64,000 nt of DNA from Bacteroidales bacterium (GTDB lineage: Bacteria; Bacteroidota; Bacteroidia; Bacteroidales; TTA-H9): positions 110 to 64,109 of the forward strand of contig JBMFOU010000020.1 in assembly GCA_049969475.1 (NCBI GenBank), read 5' to 3'. The notes beneath the pieces are model-generated. The model had not been told where the DNA came from, searched no databases, and saw only the letters and a list, made by a program, of their open reading frames with translations. Both the position numbers and the translations under genes were made by a program. Of the stretch, positions 59,910-64,000 are shown piece after piece. Every line of letters starts with the position of its first letter. Within the stretch, counting starts at the first letter, position 1.

Positions 59910-61300
59910 TGCATAAAATTACGCTCATAACTGACGAGGGTTTAACTGCTGAAATAATGCAGGCACTTGGCCGTTTGAATAACGAAAAGATAAAACTGGT
60001 CGACGCTTCGGAAGTTAAATTCCTTCGTAGTGGCAGTAGCTTTTTCTTTTTGATTACACAACGCCCCGAATATTGGGAGATCTCGCCCGAGTATAGTTTC
60101 AATGAGAATTGCCTAATACTGGCTGGATTTAAAGGAACTCAACTCATTTTTGCCCGTAAGCTTGATTTATATTCAGCGAAAGGACCGCAATACCTTTCAC
60201 GCAGGATTTACGGTCAAATCCTATGGGAAGTTTTCAGTGCTGAATACATAAATACACAAGGCTCATTGATTGCTTTCTTTGATTTGACAGGCTTGGCCTT
60301 GTTGGCCTACTCATACGACGGAGTTTTACTATATGCCAACGAGGAAGTCGAGAACTTAACCGGTTGGCCAGTCAGAGAGTTGTATGTCAGGTCTGTGGAT
60401 GAATACTTACGACCGGTGGATGGAATGAACGAAGAAATGCATGACCTCTCTCAACTGTTTAGAGAGCCGGGTATGTTAGGGCCTTTACATTTTCAGTTTT
60501 TCGATGGAACCTGGCAAACCTTAGTCTATCATAGCTACCTCATTCCCCTTTCTACCATTGGACAAGAAGTTTTACTCATTCTAATAGGTACCTACCCTCG
60601 GGGCGAGATGACTGGCATGGTAGAACTTGGTAATAAACTACATGAAAGGGCTATTTTGCACGATTTCAGGAATTTATTGCAAAGCGTGGTGACTTATACT
60701 GATTTGCTAGGATTTGAAATAGATCCTAATTCAACGCCTTATGGCTATTTAGAAAAAATGCGGAGTGAGCTCCGACGTGCGCAGGAAATTCTGCGACATC
60801 TTATGTATCCGGAGTCCACTACTGAATCAACGGCCCTAAGGGTCGATCAGTATGTGGAAAGCCTTGTGAACACAATAAAGGAAATTGCCCCTCAAAACAT
60901 TAGTATCGAGTTTAATCCAGGTTGTCCTTACATAATCAACATTTCCCCGATTGATTTAGGACGTATACTTCGAAATTTAGTAAAAAATGCATTAGAAGCG
61001 ATTGGTAATTCCCCAGGACGGATACAGTTGAAAACGGAAAAATCGAACCCCGATAATACCCAGGGCGATAGGGAATTTGTAAAAATTGAGGTGAGCGATA
61101 ATGGCCCGGGTATTTCTGAACCCATGAAGGAAAATATTTTTCAACCCTTTTTTACTACCCATAAGGACAATGGTGGCACAGGCTTAGGCCTATACAGTGT
61201 ACAAACTACTGTGAAACAATATGGCGGAGTTATTGATTTTAAAAGCCATCCAGGCGTGGGTACAACTTTTGTTGTTTATTTACCTTTGGCGAATCAATAA
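59909..61300 (+). CDS. Cytoplasmic PAS-containing histidine kinase
   Basis: PAS-like YDGVLLYANEEVENLTGW, H-box ILHDFRNLLQS, N-box LVKNALEAI, GTGLGLYSV. The start codon shares one base with the upstream stop (TAATG). Confidence 0.8.
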   Translation: MHKITLITDEGLTAEIMQALGRLNNEKIKLVDASEVKFLRSGSSFFFLITQRPEYWEISPEYSFNENCLILAGFKGTQLIFARKLDLYSAKGPQYLSRRIYGQILWEVFSAEYINTQGSLIAFFDLTGLALLAYSYDGVLLYANEEVENLTGWPVRELYVRSVDEYLRPVDGMNEEMHDLSQLFREPGMLGPLHFQFFDGTWQTLVYHSYLIPLSTIGQEVLLILIGTYPRGEMTGMVELGNKLHERAILHDFRNLLQSVVTYTDLLGFEIDPNSTPYGYLEKMRSELRRAQEILRHLMYPESTTESTALRVDQYVESLVNTIKEIAPQNISIEFNPGCPYIINISPIDLGRILRNLVKNALEAIGNSPGRIQLKTEKSNPDNTQGDREFVKIEVSDNGPGISEPMKENIFQPFFTTHKDNGGTGLGLYSVQTTVKQYGGVIDFKSHPGVGTTFVVYLPLANQ

Positions 61301-61318
61301 TACTCAGGCAACAAGGAA

Positions 61319-62083
61319 ATGGAAAAACTTCCGGTTAGCGTTTTATATGTTGAAGACGAGGTGATTGTGAGTGAACCCTTTGCCGAAATGCTCAATCGAA
61401 GGGTCATGCAGGTATTGGTGGCTGAAAATGGAGAACAAGGGTTTAGGCTCTTCCAGGAGCATCATCCGGATATCATAATTACAGATATTAAGATGCCGGT
61501 GATGGATGGACTTACGATGGTGGCTAAAATTCGCGAAACCGACCGACACATCCCTGTCATCATTACCACTGCTTTCGAATTCAAGGATTATTTGAAGAAA
61601 AGTATTGAGGTAGGCGTGAATAAATATTTGGTGAAACCCATAGAACGTACCGCAGTAGACCAAGCTCTTGCAGAAATGACCCGACTGGTGGAGTTTCAAA
61701 AAGCTAACCGCGATTATCAGGAATTCCTCGAGTTGATGCTCAATACCAACAACCGGGTGATTATCGTAGCTGAATTTCCCCAGGAGGTGGTACATCTCAA
61801 TCAGGAGTTTCTGCGCTTCTTTGGTTTTGCCGACCGCAACGAGTTTTATCGCAAAAACCATTCAGTATTGGAGTTTTTTCACTCACTAAAGAATAAAACT
61901 TTTACCTACGATGCAGGTACCGACCTCGCCTGGATTGATGGCTTTTTGAAGCTAAATGGTATTGAGAATAATACTTTTCTCAATTATTGTCCCGATAAAA
62001 CAGCAGGTGCTTATAATCTTAGTTTTCATGTGTTTAGCAACTGGAAAAAGGTAGCATTGATACTCAATGCAATTGATAATTAA
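61319..62083 (+). CDS. Response regulator: REC + ~130-aa uncharacterised C-terminal domain
   Basis: REC: VLYVEDE, IIITDIKMPVMDG, LVKP. The C-terminal half has no DNA-binding or enzymatic motif that I can recognise. Confidence 0.75.
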   Translation: MEKLPVSVLYVEDEVIVSEPFAEMLNRRVMQVLVAENGEQGFRLFQEHHPDIIITDIKMPVMDGLTMVAKIRETDRHIPVIITTAFEFKDYLKKSIEVGVNKYLVKPIERTAVDQALAEMTRLVEFQKANRDYQEFLELMLNTNNRVIIVAEFPQEVVHLNQEFLRFFGFADRNEFYRKNHSVLEFFHSLKNKTFTYDAGTDLAWIDGFLKLNGIENNTFLNYCPDKTAGAYNLSFHVFSNWKKVALILNAIDN

Positions 62084-62089
62084 ATTTAT

Positions 62090-64000
62090 ATGGCAACAAA
62101 TCTGGCAACACGCGAAAAATTGCCCATAAGGGTCCTTTACGTTGAAGACGAATATGGTATCCGCTTGCCTATGCTTGAAATGATGTCGCGATGGGTGGAC
62201 GACATCATTGTAGCAGTTAATGGAGAGGAAGGACTCGAAGCATTCAGGCAGACAGGAGCCGACTTGGTTATAAGCGACCTGAAAATGCCCCAGATGGATG
62301 GACTCGAGATGATAGCTGCCATAAAGAACATCGATCCTAATGTTAAAACCATCATCGTTTCTGCTCATAGCGATGCCGAGTCGTTTATAGAAGCTATCAA
62401 CATAGGGGTGGACGGTTTTCTTGTAAAACCGGTTCTTCGCGACAAGCTTTACGAGACAATCAACCGTTTTGGCAAGGTAGTTATTGCCCAGCGCAATGCT
62501 CGCCTGCAGGAAGAGAAGTTTATGGCTTTGGCTGGCAGTGTCATCGATGCCATTATTATCATAAACGAAAAAGGAGAGATACTTTTTTGGAATCAGGCTG
62601 CTACTCGAATTTTTGGATACGAGGCCAACGAAGCCATAGCTTTACCTTACAATTCTATATTCGATTCTCAATCTATGCCACCCGACTGGCCTTCAACTAC
62701 ATTGGCTTTAAGGAGGTTTTACCGCGAACATCACGAAAAAGGTGGCCTCATCGAGGCCCATGGTTTGCATAAATCCGGAAGGGTTTTCCCGGTCGAAATA
62801 TCAGTCTCTCCATTGCAGGTGGACGATTTGTGGTATGCACTTTTTATTATCCGTGATATCACCGAACGTAAACAACGCGAGAAAGAACTTATCGAAGCCC
62901 GAGAAAGGGCAGAGGCTGCTACCCGTGCTAAACAGCAGTTCCTCTCGGTGATGAGTCACGAAATACGCACCCCCCTAAATGGTATTCTGGGTACCATCAA
63001 TCTGTTGGTGCAGGAAGACCCGCGACCTGATCAAATGGAATATCTTAAAACCCTCGAATTTTCAGGGAATCACCTGCTTTCCCTCATCAACGATATTCTC
63101 GACTTTTCGAAGATTGAGGCCAATCGCATCCAATTCGAAGCTGTTACGCTTGATATTCGTGAAGTGGTAGAAAACCTATTGAAGATTTTCGGTTTCAAGG
63201 CTCAGGATAAAGGTATTAGTATTAAGTCAGAGATAGACCCAGGCATCCCTCAGTTTGTAAAAGGTGACCCGGTTCGATTGAATCAGATTCTCAATAATCT
63301 GGTGGGTAATGCACTCAAATTCACTGAAAAAGGGGGGATTACCGTAAGGGTTCGGTTGAATGGCCCCATAACGCAAGAGGAGGTACCTCTGTATTTCGAA
63401 GTAGAAGATACGGGTATAGGAATACCTGACGATAAAACAGAGATCATCTTCGACATGTTTAGCCAGGCCGACACCAATACCACCCGACGATTTGGAGGCA
63501 CGGGCCTGGGATTGGCCATTACCAAAAAACTGGTGGAACTCCAGGGAGGCACCATTGGGGTGAGGAGTCGTTTGGGCGAAGGTAGCACCTTCTTTTTCAA
63601 TTTAAAGTTTAAAAACGTTCAGGAAGGGTCGGGCGAATTGGAAAAACCCGCCGATTTTCTCGAAAGTCTCGAAGGTATTAGAATTCTGCTGGTAGAAGAT
63701 AACAAGATAAACCAGATGATTGCACAGAAATTCCTTACCCGCTGGGGTGCCCTAATCGAAATCGCAGAAAATGGTTTGCAGGCAGTGGAAAAAATTCAGT
63801 CGAAAAATTTTGATATTGTGCTGATGGACCTTCAAATGCCCGAGTTGGATGGATATCAGGCTACCCAGCAAATTCGGAAAATGGATGACGATTATTTTAA
63901 AAAAGTTCCCATCATTGCCCTCACAGCTTCTACTCTGGCCGAAATTAGGGAAAACCTCCAGAAATATGGTCTCAACGATATGATTACCAAGCCTTTTATT
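62090..64000 (+). CDS. Hybrid sensor kinase REC-PAS-HisKA-HATPase-REC, 3'-truncated by the window end (absent from the ORF track)
   Basis: My translation from ATG 62090: MATNLATREKLPIRVLYVEDE...LVISDLKMPQMDG...(PAS)...RDITERKQREKEL...MSHEIRTPLNGI...GGTGLGLAITK...ILLVEDN...IVLMDLQMPELDG... It is open for 637 codons to position 64000. Confidence 0.9.
   Translation, partial: MATNLATREKLPIRVLYVEDEYGIRLPMLEMMSRWVDDIIVAVNGEEGLEAFRQTGADLVISDLKMPQMDGLEMIAAIKNIDPNVKTIIVSAHSDAESFIEAINIGVDGFLVKPVLRDKLYETINRFGKVVIAQRNARLQEEKFMALAGSVIDAIIIINEKGEILFWNQAATRIFGYEANEAIALPYNSIFDSQSMPPDWPSTTLALRRFYREHHEKGGLIEAHGLHKSGRVFPVEISVSPLQVDDLWYALFIIRDITERKQREKELIEARERAEAATRAKQQFLSVMSHEIRTPLNGILGTINLLVQEDPRPDQMEYLKTLEFSGNHLLSLINDILDFSKIEANRIQFEAVTLDIREVVENLLKIFGFKAQDKGISIKSEIDPGIPQFVKGDPVRLNQILNNLVGNALKFTEKGGITVRVRLNGPITQEEVPLYFEVEDTGIGIPDDKTEIIFDMFSQADTNTTRRFGGTGLGLAITKKLVELQGGTIGVRSRLGEGSTFFFNLKFKNVQEGSGELEKPADFLESLEGIRILLVEDNKINQMIAQKFLTRWGALIEIAENGLQAVEKIQSKNFDIVLMDLQMPELDGYQATQQIRKMDDDYFKKVPIIALTASTLAEIRENLQKYGLNDMITKPFI

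Overview
64-kb chromosomal segment that looks like a Bacteroidota genome. This is inferred from TAnnTTTG -7 promoter boxes 15-90 nt upstream of many start codons, a 288-aa RpoD, CarboxypepD_reg-type TonB receptors and lipoprotein/porin loci. No CRISPR array, transposase, integrase or phage genes were seen. Positions 1-31 kb, plus 36.8-40.3 kb, are mostly housekeeping: gap, alaS, hldD, mqnB-like, clpS, nfeD-floA, two tandem tRNA-Leu, aroQ, rpoD, htrA, dapF, mltG, ispH and recF. Accessory items in that part are a TPP riboswitch in front of a TonB-dependent receptor (invisible to the ORF track), an orphan NuoB-like protein that has lost all four cluster-binding cysteines, and a Crp/Fnr + rhodanese-lipoprotein + porin + secreted-rhodanese locus. 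Positions 31.8-64 kb are dominated by signal transduction. The stand-out is a tightly coupled 11-gene chemotaxis-like operon at 40.6-55.3 kb: REC, CheY, CheA, CheW, soluble MCP, PAS-HEAT protein, CheR, CheB, CheY, CheC-like phosphatase and a 1318-aa multi-PAS/GAF hybrid kinase. No motility genes are in view. Three features of this operon are visible directly in the sequence. (1) The CheA Hpt/P1 domain is present in frame but interrupted by two in-frame stops (TAG 41389, TGA 41512) that bracket the phospho-His codon. (2) The CheC-like gene is frameshifted at a T4 run. (3) The MCP has no membrane segment and is built from perfectly phased 28-residue (84-nt) repeats, giving roughly 330 residues on each side of the signalling tip. 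One further hybrid kinase gene (62090 to the window end) is absent from the ORF track because it runs off the window.
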